A stretch of 64,000 bases of DNA from Bacteroidales bacterium (GCA_045534635.1 JAZSKB010000038.1:7778-71777); one strand, 5' to 3'. Counted from the first letter of the stretch, positions 18,101 through 27,740 are shown. A program made the numbers and translations. Notes: a model not told the origin generated them from the letters alone.

Positions 18101-21100
18101 TTATTGCTATCTATTCTTACACTACTATTTCCAATTACAGAACCACTATTCGCTACATAATATAAGTAGAAACTATAGTATCCACCACTAATATTATTTT
18201 TAACGAAATTAACATCGTACAATGTAGTTCCAGAAGAGCTAGAATTATAATATCTTACAGCAACAGAGGTAGAAGCTGTTGATGTAGGAGATGCTTTAAT
18301 ATTACATTGATAGAAATCAATATGTGAGTTATCATTAACAAAACACACTCCGATATTTCCTGCTGTTGCATCAAAAGTAAGATTGGTAAATCTTAAATGA
18401 GCAGCATTATTTAGAACAAGTGCTGTATCTCCTGTCATAGCAACAAATTCAACATCATCAGCATTACCAGTAGCAGAAGTAAAGGTAATAGTATTAATAG
18501 TTGAAGCTCCAGGAATATTTCCATAAACATTGAAAGTAGAATAAGTTCCTGTTGCTATATTGAATGTAACAGGAGCAGATACACCACATTGTGATAATTC
18601 ATACAATGCATCATCAATAGTAAGATAATCAGATGCAGAATCTCCAACAGTGTATGTTCCTGCAAGAGGAGCTCCACATGCAAAGAAATCGCTAATGATA
18701 GTATCGTTGTATTGATTATTATCAATACCTATACCATTAACATCGCTTAGCCAAATTTCAATAAAATGTTTACCTTTTGTTGTAGATCCTAATGAAATAG
18801 AGGTAACATCAGAGAAATTAGCAAGGTTGCCTGTCCAATTGAAAGGTGTTTGAAGAACACTATCAAGTGTCCAAAGAATAGTAGCACTATTGATAGCCAT
18901 TTGTCCTAAATTCAAAAAATCTACATTAATTGTTGAAACTCCATTATCTGTAGTAATTTCAAAATTTCCTAATGCCAAATCTAAACTATCAGGAATAATA
19001 CTATATGCACCAACAGTCGTTTGTCCATAACGAGGATTACCTTTTATATCGGTATTAACTCCAATATTAGGCACAAGCAAATCTAAATGATTGTAAACAT
19101 CAAATTCTGTAGGCTTAATCCATTCTGGTTGAATTTTCATTGAATGTACATCTTGTTTTGTCTTATCTTGTAACGCTCCAATGCTTGTTAATGCTCCACC
19201 AACATAACCAACATTTGTAGTAGAATAATAATTGTTGTAATCTAATGTTACTCCATAACTTTGTAATACGTAATTCGTATTAGATGCATACAGAGGATAT
19301 TTTGTACTGCTTGTTTGAGAAATAAGCATATTGTTCTTAATAACAGCGTTGTAAGTAGAACTCATTGTACTTAAATACAAACAATAATCGGTACCAGAGC
19401 CTCTTCCTACTATCGTATTGTGGAATACATCCATATTAGAATAATATACATAAATACCATAAAACGTTCCAGCATTTCGTTTTGAAATAACATTATTCGC
19501 TATTAAAGCATTGTTTGTAGCTCCAGTATTTCCATGATTTAAATAATAAGGATAAATACCATAAGATGTAGAAGTACCTTGCATTTCAATAGTATTTCCA
19601 ATAATACCACTATCTACACGATTATAATAATAAATATACATACCATATTGAGCAGCAGAAGCATTTCTGGAAGTGATAGTATTGTTACTAATAAAGTCAT
19701 AACGTCCGTAATAATAAGCATATATACCATAATAATAGAAATTATTAATAGTATTTCCTTTAATAGTAGCAATGCCTGGATTGTTGGCTATGCTTGTAGA
19801 GTTAGGATGTAAATAATATAATCGAATACCATAATATCCCCCATTAATCGTATTGTTTAAAATACGAAGGTCTCCATTGGCTGTTTTAGAACTAGAACCA
19901 TAGTAACAAATTCCTATACTTGTAGATGATGTTGCTGTAGGTGATGCATTAATAATACAATTATTAATTTCAATATTATCACAAGGATGTGTAAATAATA
20001 CTCCTATCATACTCGTTTTTGAAGATACATCAATAGTTATATTTTGGATATAAATATTTTTGTTTTTCGCTAAGACAAATCCACTATCAGAAAAAATAAT
20101 ACGAACGTCACTTGGGTCTCCAGATACAGAAGTAATAATAAGTGTATCTGTTATATCCATTCTCTCTGCAATCAATGTTAAATTACATGATGCTTGATAA
20201 TATTCACCATCATTTATTTCTAAAACTGTCGTTCCATTCAAACCACATTCACTAACAATTTTAACAAAATCTGCAAGATTGGTAAAATCACTACCCGAAT
20301 GTCCCATAGTATAGTGATTAACTGTAGAGGCAGGACAAGTAAGTATTTTCGTAGATATAGTATCATCAAAGAATGAAGTACTATCAATAATATCATTAGG
20401 CATTGACACCCATACTTTAATGTCATAGAAAAAACTATTTGTAACCACAGAACCTATATTTACAGTATCAATAAAATCAGGTGGTAAAAATCCTGTCCAT
20501 GCTATAGCTGGTTGTTCTACTCCATTGACACTCCAATTGATATCACAACTTTCTAAATTATTAGTCCCCATATTTCGAATAACTACAGAAACTGGATGTG
20601 TCCCTGCAGGAAGGGTTGTTGTAGGTGTTGCGAAAGATTGTATTGCAACAGAATTTTCAACCTCTTCTCTTGTTTCGATAAGATGAAATCTTGTAATTGG
20701 ACGCCAATCGTACCAACCTTCTGTATCCATCTGTTGGTCTCCACCCCAAGATACACATAAATGATTATCTATACTATTCATAGAAGAATACCAATATAAA
20801 TCACTATTATATGTTCCATCTTCGCAAAGCCAATAAACAAGTAAATTCATGTGAGAAGGAACAAAAAATGGCACATCCAGAGGAATATCTAACCAAACAT
20901 TCTGAATAGCATTAAGATTACCACTCCATACCAATGTCGCATTATCTTTAATTGGGTCTATGTATTCTTCCGAATCAATAACGCTATCTGTAACGAGTTT
21001 CATATAACATGAAATATTATAAGTAGGTCCATTACCATAACGTTCACTCGGTTTGTATGCGATTGTATTGATGATATGGTCTCCCCCATTAACAGTGAGT

Positions 21101-23379
21101 TCGTTACTCTTATAAAGAATTCTACCCCAACTATAATCATATAAATCGGCGAAAGGAACATTTTCTACTATATAAGATGTATTAGTATCTTCTACATATA
21201 CATAATGAAATTGTCCTCCCGATGGTAATCTATTAATGAAATAATCTTCACTAATAGATACTATATTATTGAGACTATCGTTGATAGTTACACTAAATTC
21301 AACATTATGATGGTATAATACATTAGGTATATATACTGACCATATATTGTTGTTGGTATATGTCATAGGCAATGATAAATTACTATCAACAACAGTACCA
21401 GTAGTATCAACATAACGATAAACTAAATTTAAATCAGGTATAGGTTGTTCTGAAAGAGAATATGCTTTCAGTTTTATATTATGAGGACCTGTTGTATATA
21501 CAGTATCTTGAGGACGATTAACCCAACCAAATACAATATCTGCACTTCCAAATGAAATAATACAAGTAGTATCGTCCCAAGTAGTTGTGTCAACTGCTCC
21601 ATTAGGCATACTTACCCATGCTATAATAGTATCGTATTGATTGATACGAGGAGTATAATTTCCAATAGTATCTATACAGTAATAATCATCAGGCATGTTT
21701 CCTGTCCAATTGTATGTAGTTTGAGGTATTCCATTGAGTGTCCAATTGATAGTTGCGGATGTAAGATTTGCAAATCCTTTGTTATGTATTTTTACTGCAA
21801 CAGGAACTTGTAGTGTTGGATAGGTGATTACAGTATCGTTAAGATAAATTTCTGTTAATCCAACAGAATTATCATCAGAAGAATTTCCTATCAAATTTAA
21901 ACGAATATTTGGTCGTGAAGTACTAGCTGTTCCTGCACTTGTAGGGAATGAACCATCTGCATATTTATAATAACACATATTGGTAGCAGGGGCAGGAGAA
22001 GTTGTCCAAGTAACAGCCCCATTGCCACTATAAGAACCATCATTACTAATTACATATATCAATAAGTTTTGTCCAGGAGGAAGCATAAATCTATTATGCA
22101 ATTCTAAATCATACCAACCTACATTAGGAATACATGTTCCAGACCATACCAAAGAGGCTCCATCTTGAATAGGGTCAACATAAGTACTATTTAATACATT
22201 GTCTTTTGTCGCTTTAAAATAAATAGAAATACTATCGTTTCTATTAGAAGTTGACATTACTTGATAGGCTAAATTGGAAATTAATCCACCTTGTTCTGTA
22301 GAAGATACTTCTGAACTTAAATACAATGTTTTAGTCCAACTATAATCATAATTATAATAATAAGGAACGTAATTTGTAGTTGTTGTAGATGTAGTATCTC
22401 CTATATATGTCATTCCTGATATGCCTCCAGTGGCATGATGTGAGACAAATGTATTTTGATTGTCATAATAATTACCAGCAGAATCTTCTGCATGTATAGA
22501 ATATTTAATAGTTGTTCCAAAAATATGTTGAGGAATTGTTGCTGTCCACAAAGAATCTCCTTCATAAGCAGTCATGGCTATAGTTTCAGTATGCACTCTT
22601 GCAACAGGATGCGAAGCAGTATATACTAAAGATGGTGGCAATATAGGAGCAGATGTTCTTGTTGCTACTTTTGCTTTAATAGTATATGGTCCTGTATTGT
22701 AAACAGTATCACTGACATTACTTATAAATTCACAAACAGGAGCATCTATCTCAAATGATGAACCTAAAACTTTAAAATCATCTATCAACCAACCATAAGA
22801 AATATCAGAACCTATAACGTCTCTTTTCTTAATAATAAAACGAAATTGAACTTTTGCAAATGATGCTTGATTTGATAAATTGAATACTTCATTTTTCCAC
22901 CATGAATTTGAAGGGATAGCCGTACTATCTGCATTATTCCATATAGTATAGCTTTGGGCATTAAATCCAGAACTTGCATAATTTGAAGCCTTGCCTCTGT
23001 ATGCAGATGAAGGTATATCCTTCCAAGTTTCTCCAACATAATCTGGTCTGTATTGTATCCGTACTAAATCTGACGGAGATACTTTACAGATGTGGCTAAA
23101 TTGTAAAGCTACAAATTCGTATGCTTCACAATCGTAAACTGGAGTTGTTACAATGATAGAATCTCCCGAAACAATTGGAACCAACATCCATAATGATTTC
23201 GAATTACTTAATGAATAATTGTTGTCTACTATTGCTCCTCCAGAAGAAGAGATAGTAAATTGATGTGGGGGACCATCAAAATTTTCACTCCCCACAATTA
23301 CAGGCTGTGCATGTGTTGTTTGTATTATTAAATACAACAAACACAAAAAATTAAAAATCTTTTTCATTGTATATTGCAT
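15157..23379 (-). CDS. Giant (2740 aa) T9SS-secreted surface protein with duplicated parallel beta-helix modules and Ig/MAM-like domains.
   Basis: Signal peptide MKKIFNFLCLLYLIIQTTHAQ. Two long blocks rich in YYGIY/YYY rungs. C-terminal sorting domain IPNPANEMAIVNY...GIYFYTMDFNGQRLTKKMTIKK. The alternative start is 23367. Confidence 0.85.
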   Translation of the reverse strand: MQYTMKKIFNFLCLLYLIIQTTHAQPVIVGSENFDGPPHQFTISSSGGAIVDNNYSLSNSKSLWMLVPIVSGDSIIVTTPVYDCEAYEFVALQFSHICKVSPSDLVRIQYRPDYVGETWKDIPSSAYRGKASNYASSGFNAQSYTIWNNADSTAIPSNSWWKNEVFNLSNQASFAKVQFRFIIKKRDVIGSDISYGWLIDDFKVLGSSFEIDAPVCEFISNVSDTVYNTGPYTIKAKVATRTSAPILPPSLVYTASHPVARVHTETIAMTAYEGDSLWTATIPQHIFGTTIKYSIHAEDSAGNYYDNQNTFVSHHATGGISGMTYIGDTTSTTTTNYVPYYYNYDYSWTKTLYLSSEVSSTEQGGLISNLAYQVMSTSNRNDSISIYFKATKDNVLNSTYVDPIQDGASLVWSGTCIPNVGWYDLELHNRFMLPPGQNLLIYVISNDGSYSGNGAVTWTTSPAPATNMCYYKYADGSFPTSAGTASTSRPNIRLNLIGNSSDDNSVGLTEIYLNDTVITYPTLQVPVAVKIHNKGFANLTSATINWTLNGIPQTTYNWTGNMPDDYYCIDTIGNYTPRINQYDTIIAWVSMPNGAVDTTTWDDTTCIISFGSADIVFGWVNRPQDTVYTTGPHNIKLKAYSLSEQPIPDLNLVYRYVDTTGTVVDSNLSLPMTYTNNNIWSVYIPNVLYHHNVEFSVTINDSLNNIVSISEDYFINRLPSGGQFHYVYVEDTNTSYIVENVPFADLYDYSWGRILYKSNELTVNGGDHIINTIAYKPSERYGNGPTYNISCYMKLVTDSVIDSEEYIDPIKDNATLVWSGNLNAIQNVWLDIPLDVPFFVPSHMNLLVYWLCEDGTYNSDLYWYSSMNSIDNHLCVSWGGDQQMDTEGWYDWRPITRFHLIETREEVENSVAIQSFATPTTTLPAGTHPVSVVIRNMGTNNLESCDINWSVNGVEQPAIAWTGFLPPDFIDTVNIGSVVTNSFFYDIKVWVSMPNDIIDSTSFFDDTISTKILTCPASTVNHYTMGHSGSDFTNLADFVKIVSECGLNGTTVLEINDGEYYQASCNLTLIAERMDITDTLIITSVSGDPSDVRIIFSDSGFVLAKNKNIYIQNITIDVSSKTSMIGVLFTHPCDNIEINNCIINASPTATSSTSIGICYYGSSSKTANGDLRILNNTINGGYYGIRLYYLHPNSTSIANNPGIATIKGNTINNFYYYGIYAYYYGRYDFISNNTITSRNASAAQYGMYIYYYNRVDSGIIGNTIEMQGTSTSYGIYPYYLNHGNTGATNNALIANNVISKRNAGTFYGIYVYYSNMDVFHNTIVGRGSGTDYCLYLSTMSSTYNAVIKNNMLISQTSSTKYPLYASNTNYVLQSYGVTLDYNNYYSTTNVGYVGGALTSIGALQDKTKQDVHSMKIQPEWIKPTEFDVYNHLDLLVPNIGVNTDIKGNPRYGQTTVGAYSIIPDSLDLALGNFEITTDNGVSTINVDFLNLGQMAINSATILWTLDSVLQTPFNWTGNLANFSDVTSISLGSTTKGKHFIEIWLSDVNGIGIDNNQYNDTIISDFFACGAPLAGTYTVGDSASDYLTIDDALYELSQCGVSAPVTFNIATGTYSTFNVYGNIPGASTINTITFTSATGNADDVEFVAMTGDTALVLNNAAHLRFTNLTFDATAGNIGVCFVNDNSHIDFYQCNIKASPTSTASTSVAVRYYNSSSSGTTLYDVNFVKNNISGGYYSFYLYYVANSGSVIGNSSVRIDSNNITDYYYYGIYLYYYGYYPSVSYNMLSSRTGTSTQYHLNAYYYVTIDTMQNNIISMNSTGTQYGIRLYYNNYYNIKGSTSPRTLAYIVNNEIRQNPTQLGTGTKYGIYSYYTTANILNNSVYLTSTSGTCYGLYIGNQTSSYNLRFLANMLHSTTTTGSNYPIYASTATYATTTNGTTLDYNNYSSNQNTVGYIGTAMTSMAALRNATYQDVNSISVNPIFIDTNINLDVYDYSPFACPNLADIDYDIRGRRRGETTVLGAYSMETIDGKSIELVEILGLPDSNDRCSSGPSTISYVITGKGAVTVNFPTDTLYLHLNISGTKNWDTVVIWNKGTLPILQKITIPIMNNFELVDSGDYYISAWISNGYDTINVDDSLFTSYTIHKISLPFDENFSQGWSSSFTLEECNSENTWEIVNTNSDGTILPQYGTNMLSFKGSRGAISAIYTRQIDLSKTSEPKLDFWYWHDNTASTMDYTNVKISLDGGASFQTIAIIRKNDGSNSGWTYYSLPLDNFNAPCVIVSFSAMRWTTDDYNGEQLIDRIRIYGKHDLAISEIISSDYDICNLTGRSLGVVLNATTSLNIDFSSMPTELQVNISGAKNASYTLPLNNGIIEGLAFDTLVIDNNFDFIPGTYYISASIATAIDSNQANDFVLDTIEINPNISVAPTQITGGTSFANCVAIGSEVFQEVNISNSGNMDMTDILLTLNIYDVSGVIVQTYNDTINGDFPVGQELTYTFTKAYIVPEDETYNVEVIVSPLCDNNFKYVNYVTECVDLTDIELVSFVVPEDNADCSNVGDKQNVTVKISNKNPNVDMSGITIHAIISSNGNQINAWRTTIDEISAGTSIDFTFAQSFTIPEENDYTIDVYIDKVDDANNNDTLSITKCINLGISETDINTIGMSQNIPNPANEMAIVNYTIPSQGKVVFTIASITGQILHTQEVESEAGVNSIEFNTANLAAGIYFYTMDFNGQRLTKKMTIKK

Positions 23380-23944
23380 TTTTTATTACACCTACTCTTT
23401 TTTATGGATTTTCGGCTTCCTCCTTCTCGATTTTTGACACCTCAAAAATAATAAAAAAATATATACAAAGTATCAAAATAAAAAAATTTTTTTTTTTATT
23501 ATAAAACAATAAATTACACAATAAAAAAATTATAATTTTACAAAAAGTTTGAAATTTTATGACGCTGAAAACAATTAATATGTAGAAATTCGTTTATACC
23601 CCCTTTCTTAATTGATTATTTACAAATCGTAGGGAAAATTTACAATTTCTGATTTCTCTTGTTCTAAAAAAGTTTCCTAAATTTAAATTGTATATTATGA
23701 CCATAATGAAAAAAATCATCGAAAAAGAGTTTGGGAAAACGTTAGTTTAAATCTATAATTATTCTATCATAAATTAAAATTCCGAAATATGAAAACATTT
23801 AGTGTCAAACAATAATATACATATTACTTGATATCTACAATGCTATATAAAAATTTACAAATATTGAAATAATTTATCTTTACATTTTGGACATATAAAA
23901 TTGAATATTTATTTTTTAGTACTATTTTATATTAAAAAAAATGT

Positions 23945-23952
23945 TATCTTTG
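23945..23952 (+). promoter_or_regulatory. -7 box TATCTTTG for the sulfur-relay operon.
   Basis: It lies 22 nt upstream of the ATG at 23974, at the end of a 590-bp AT-rich non-coding region. Confidence 0.45.
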
Positions 23953-23973
23953 CAAATTATATAGTACAAAAAT

Positions 23974-24216
23974 ATGGATAAAATGAAAAAAGAGTGTCCA
24001 AACATGGCTAATTGTCAGATAATAAAAGAAAAAGGATTTGTTCCAGATGAACAAATAAAACAACAGTATGTTAGTCATTATTGTATAGCAGGCGAAGAAA
24101 ATTTTTCAATATGCAAACGTTATCAGACGAAACAAACTTTAGGTTTTTGTCCAGATTTTGTATTTCCAGATTCTACATATAATATAGATGAAATCATGGA
24201 AAAGTGTGAACAATAA
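23974..24216 (+). CDS. Small Cys-rich protein (80 aa, 6 Cys), unknown family.
   Basis: CPNMANC, HYC, SIC, GFC and EKC are all present. It is the first gene of a tightly spaced same-strand cluster. Confidence 0.5.
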   Translation: MDKMKKECPNMANCQIIKEKGFVPDEQIKQQYVSHYCIAGEENFSICKRYQTKQTLGFCPDFVFPDSTYNIDEIMEKCEQ

Positions 24217-24239
24217 ATTTATTTATAAAATCAATAATT

Positions 24240-24533
24240 ATGGCAGATTTGAATTTTGATGGAGATGGATTTTTAACGAATCCTGAAATATGGAATGAAG
24301 AAGTTGCAAAACAAATTGCAGAACAAGATGGTATTAACATGACAGACCAACATTGGGCAATTGTTCGCGTAATTAGAAATAATTACAATGAAAAAGGAAA
24401 TGCTCCAATGATTAGAACTATTTGTAAAGAAACAGGTTTGAAATTGAAAGATATATACGAGTTGTTTCCATTAGGTCCAGCCAGAGGAGCCTGTCGAGTG
24501 GCAGGGCTACCCAAACCAGATGGTTGTGTATAA
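24240..24533 (+). CDS. DsrC/TusE-family sulfur carrier carrying both C-terminal cysteines.
   Basis: The C-terminus is ARGACRVAGLPKPDGCV. It has a penultimate Cys and a second Cys exactly 10 residues upstream, which is the DsrC-type Cys-x10-Cys arm. Confidence 0.8.
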   Translation: MADLNFDGDGFLTNPEIWNEEVAKQIAEQDGINMTDQHWAIVRVIRNNYNEKGNAPMIRTICKETGLKLKDIYELFPLGPARGACRVAGLPKPDGCV

Positions 24534-24567
24534 TGCTAAATATTTAATTATCAAAAAAAATAGTATT

Positions 24568-25197
24568 ATGATTTGGTATCATTATTTTAGTTTAGCCGCC
24601 TTATTGGTTTGTATTATTGTAATGTTGATACGCTTTATCCATTTGATAAAAATGGGTAATCCAAAAGATTTATCTCAAAAAAAAGGAAATATTTTTCAAT
24701 CGGAGGTTTATTCTTATACGATAGCGATGATGCCAAACAAAAAAGAATCGGCGTATTTACATATTTTTTCTTTTACCGCAGGTGTATTATTTCACATTGC
24801 TACATTATTGAGTTTTGTTCTCTTTGTGCTATTCTTTTTTATTGCCCCACAAGCAATGTTATGGAATATACGTTGGATATTATCATTGATAATATTAATA
24901 GGTGCATTTAGTGGTTTTGCACTATTTATCAAACGAATGTTAGTAAAAAAAATGAGAAATTTGTCAAATTTAGACGATTATTTGTCAAATTTTTTAACAA
25001 CATTTTTTCAAATGTGTACAATTTTGTATTTATTATTAGGAAATAATATTGCACCATTGTATTATATTGTATTTGGAATTTTATGTTTGTATATGCCAAT
25101 AGGAAAATTGAAACATGTATTGTATTTTTTTGCAGCACGTTATCATTTAGGATTTTTCTATGGTTGGCGAGGTTCTTGGCCTCCTAAAAAACATTAA
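24568..25197 (+). CDS. Polytopic membrane protein, NarI/DsrM/HdrE-like candidate (about 5 TM helices with His pairs).
   Basis: The start is corrected to MIWYHYF. About five hydrophobic helices are visible. His pairs sit in helix 2 (LHIFSFTAGVLFH) and the last helix (KHVLYFFAARYH). The family call is inferred from context. Confidence 0.5.
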   Translation: MIWYHYFSLAALLVCIIVMLIRFIHLIKMGNPKDLSQKKGNIFQSEVYSYTIAMMPNKKESAYLHIFSFTAGVLFHIATLLSFVLFVLFFFIAPQAMLWNIRWILSLIILIGAFSGFALFIKRMLVKKMRNLSNLDDYLSNFLTTFFQMCTILYLLLGNNIAPLYYIVFGILCLYMPIGKLKHVLYFFAARYHLGFFYGWRGSWPPKKH

Positions 25198-25202
25198 TTA
25201 TT

Positions 25203-26513
25203 ATGAGCAAATTGACAAAAGAACAAATAGAAAATGCAATATCTGTATTGAAAATAAGACCAGATACAAAATTGGAATCTTATTTAAGTGCATGTGTGCA
25301 TTGTGGTTTATGTGCAAAAAGTTGTATGTATTACAAAACAATGCACGAAGATAAATTTATTCCAGCAAGAAAAGTAGAATTAGTGGCTTCGTTGTATCGT
25401 TATTATTGTACAACAATAGGAAGAATACTTCCTTTTTTGGTAAATGCTCGTCCTTTGGACAATAAAATGGCAGCAGATATGATAGATTCACTTTTTGGTG
25501 CTTGTACCATGTGTGGTCGTTGTGTTAAACATTGTTCCGTTGGTGTTGATATTGCTTATGTCGTTCATTTTGGTAGAAGAATGTTGTCAGCAATGGATTT
25601 GGTTCCTCAATCATTACAATCTACTGTAGATGCTGCTTTGGAAACAGGCAACAATATGGCAATTCCTACAGAAGATTTTGTTGATACCATTAAATGGATG
25701 GAAGAAGATTTGCAAGATGAATGCGGTCCAAAAGCTACAATTCCTTTAGATGAAACGGATAAAAATATACTTTATACCCTTAATCCTCGAGAAGCAAAAT
25801 TTTTTCCGCTTTCTATTGCCGCAGCGGCAAAAATATTTTATGCCGCCAAAGAAAGTTGGACATTATCAACACACATGTATGATGTTACCAATTATGGACT
25901 TTTTAGTGGTAATAACGAACATGCTGCTTGTATTGCCAAACGTTTACACGATGAAGTAATTCTGAAACGATGTAACGAATTAGTGTTGGGAGAATGCGGT
26001 CATGGTTCTCGTGCTAATCGCTGGGAAGCCCCCAATTATTTAAATCAATCGTTTGAATATAATACCATTACAATGGTAGAATTAATTAATAATTATATCC
26101 GAACAAAGCGTATTTATTTAGATAAATCGCTTAACAATGAATTGGTAACTTTGCACGACCCTTGTAATTTAGTACGTAATGGAGGTCTGCTCAATGAATT
26201 ACGCTTTGCCGTTAAAAGTTCAGCAAATCATTTCGTAGAAATGACACCTCATGGAATGGATAATTTTTGTTGTGGTGGTGGCGGTGGTCAATTAGCAATG
26301 AGTGAATACAATGAAAGACGACTTAAAATTGGTGAAATTAAAGCCGAACAAATTAGAAAAACTGGTGCTAAAATTGTAGTTACTCCTTGTCACAATTGTG
26401 TTGACCAACTTTCACAACTAAATCAAGTATATAAATTAAACATTAAAATAAAAACCATAGCCGAACTTGTTGCTGATGCTTTGGTAATAAATAATATCGA
26501 AATAGAAAAATAA
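25203..26513 (+). CDS. DsrK/HdrD-like Fe-S protein (2x[4Fe-4S] ferredoxin motifs + CCG domain).
   Basis: CVHCGLCAKSC and CTMCGRCVKHC, then the C-terminal FCCGGGGGQL...TPCHNC (CCG...CxxC signature). Confidence 0.8.
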   Translation: MSKLTKEQIENAISVLKIRPDTKLESYLSACVHCGLCAKSCMYYKTMHEDKFIPARKVELVASLYRYYCTTIGRILPFLVNARPLDNKMAADMIDSLFGACTMCGRCVKHCSVGVDIAYVVHFGRRMLSAMDLVPQSLQSTVDAALETGNNMAIPTEDFVDTIKWMEEDLQDECGPKATIPLDETDKNILYTLNPREAKFFPLSIAAAAKIFYAAKESWTLSTHMYDVTNYGLFSGNNEHAACIAKRLHDEVILKRCNELVLGECGHGSRANRWEAPNYLNQSFEYNTITMVELINNYIRTKRIYLDKSLNNELVTLHDPCNLVRNGGLLNELRFAVKSSANHFVEMTPHGMDNFCCGGGGGQLAMSEYNERRLKIGEIKAEQIRKTGAKIVVTPCHNCVDQLSQLNQVYKLNIKIKTIAELVADALVINNIEIEK

Positions 26514-26536
26514 TAGTAATATAAAAAATATTAATT

Positions 26537-27691
26537 ATGATATATTTAGACAATTCTGCAACAACATATCCAAAACCAGATGTTGTTTATGATTTTATGA
26601 TAAATTTTTATCGTAAACATGGTGTAAACCCCGGACGTTCTGGATTTGATGCCGCTATTGAAACAGAAGAAATTGTTTTTAATACAAGAAAAATGCTTAC
26701 TGAATTGTTTAATGGTGGCGATGACCCAAATCGTTTGACATTTAGTTACAATGCAACTGATTCGTTGAATATTATTTTGCAAGGTCTTGCAGAAAAAGGA
26801 ACTCATGTTATTACCACAATGTTAGAACACAATTCTGTACTGCGTCCATTGCATTGTATGCAAGAACAAGGCATTATAGATGTAACTTACGTTCCTTTTG
26901 ATGAAAATGGATATGTTCATCCTGAAGATATAAAAAAGGCTATTCGTAAAAATACCAAATTTGTAGTTTGTACACATAGTTCCAATGTGATAGGTACAAT
27001 ACAACCATTAGCAGAAATAGGAAAAATTTGCAAAGAAAATGGTCTTATTTTTGTTGTTGATGGTAGCCAAGGAGCGGGAGCCTGTGAAGTGGATATGGTA
27101 GCAGCAGGAATAGATGTTTATGTTTTTACTGGTCACAAATGTTTAATGGGACCAACGGGAATAGGTGGTTCTTATGTTAGAGAAGGCGTTGAAATTCGTC
27201 ATACTCGTTTTGGTGGAACAGGTGTAAGAAGTGCAATAAAAACACATCTTGATGAATATCCTTATCGATTGGAAGCCGGCACATTAAACCTTTTAGGTGT
27301 TGCTGGTTTGAATGCTGGTGTTAAATGGATTAAAGAACAAGGTATTTCTAAACTTCATCAACAAGAAATACTTTTGTGGGACCGTTTGCGTAAAGGCTTA
27401 CAAAATATTGATGGCGTAAAAACATATTGTGCTGTTGATACTGCAAATCAAAATCCTGTTTTAAGTTTCAATATCAATGGATTTGAAGCAGGTGATGTTG
27501 GTATGATGTTAGATGTTGATTATGACATTGCTTGTCGTACTGGTTTGCAATGTGCTCCAAAAGTGCATGAAAATATTGGTACTTTTGATATTCATGGAAC
27601 AGTACGTTTTAGCGTAGGAGCATTTACTACAGAACAAGATATTGACACAGCAATACAAGCCGTAAAAGAAATTGCTGCTATCAAAAATTAG
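26537..27691 (+). CDS. Class V aminotransferase-fold cysteine desulfurase (SufS/CsdA-like).
   Basis: PLP lysine in FTGHKCLMGPTGIGG. Candidate catalytic Cys in ACRTGLQCAP. Confidence 0.8.
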   Translation: MIYLDNSATTYPKPDVVYDFMINFYRKHGVNPGRSGFDAAIETEEIVFNTRKMLTELFNGGDDPNRLTFSYNATDSLNIILQGLAEKGTHVITTMLEHNSVLRPLHCMQEQGIIDVTYVPFDENGYVHPEDIKKAIRKNTKFVVCTHSSNVIGTIQPLAEIGKICKENGLIFVVDGSQGAGACEVDMVAAGIDVYVFTGHKCLMGPTGIGGSYVREGVEIRHTRFGGTGVRSAIKTHLDEYPYRLEAGTLNLLGVAGLNAGVKWIKEQGISKLHQQEILLWDRLRKGLQNIDGVKTYCAVDTANQNPVLSFNINGFEAGDVGMMLDVDYDIACRTGLQCAPKVHENIGTFDIHGTVRFSVGAFTTEQDIDTAIQAVKEIAAIKN

Positions 27692-27740
27692 TAACTATAG
27701 TCTATTCAAATATTCTTTTTAACAAAATATTTATAAAAAT

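Noticed and set aside
23380-23944. A 565-bp AT-rich non-coding stretch, considered as a possible ncRNA or degraded gene.
   Set aside because: There is no ORF of 60 aa or more, no convincing stem-loops or conserved motifs, and long homopolymer A/T runs. It is most simply a divergent promoter or spacer region for the giant T9SS gene (-7 box at 23443-23450) and the sulfur operon.
25160-25354. 64-aa ORF bridging the end of the DsrM-like gene and the start of the DsrK-like gene.
   Set aside because: It is an alternate frame that overlaps two better-supported genes, and it has no independent signals.
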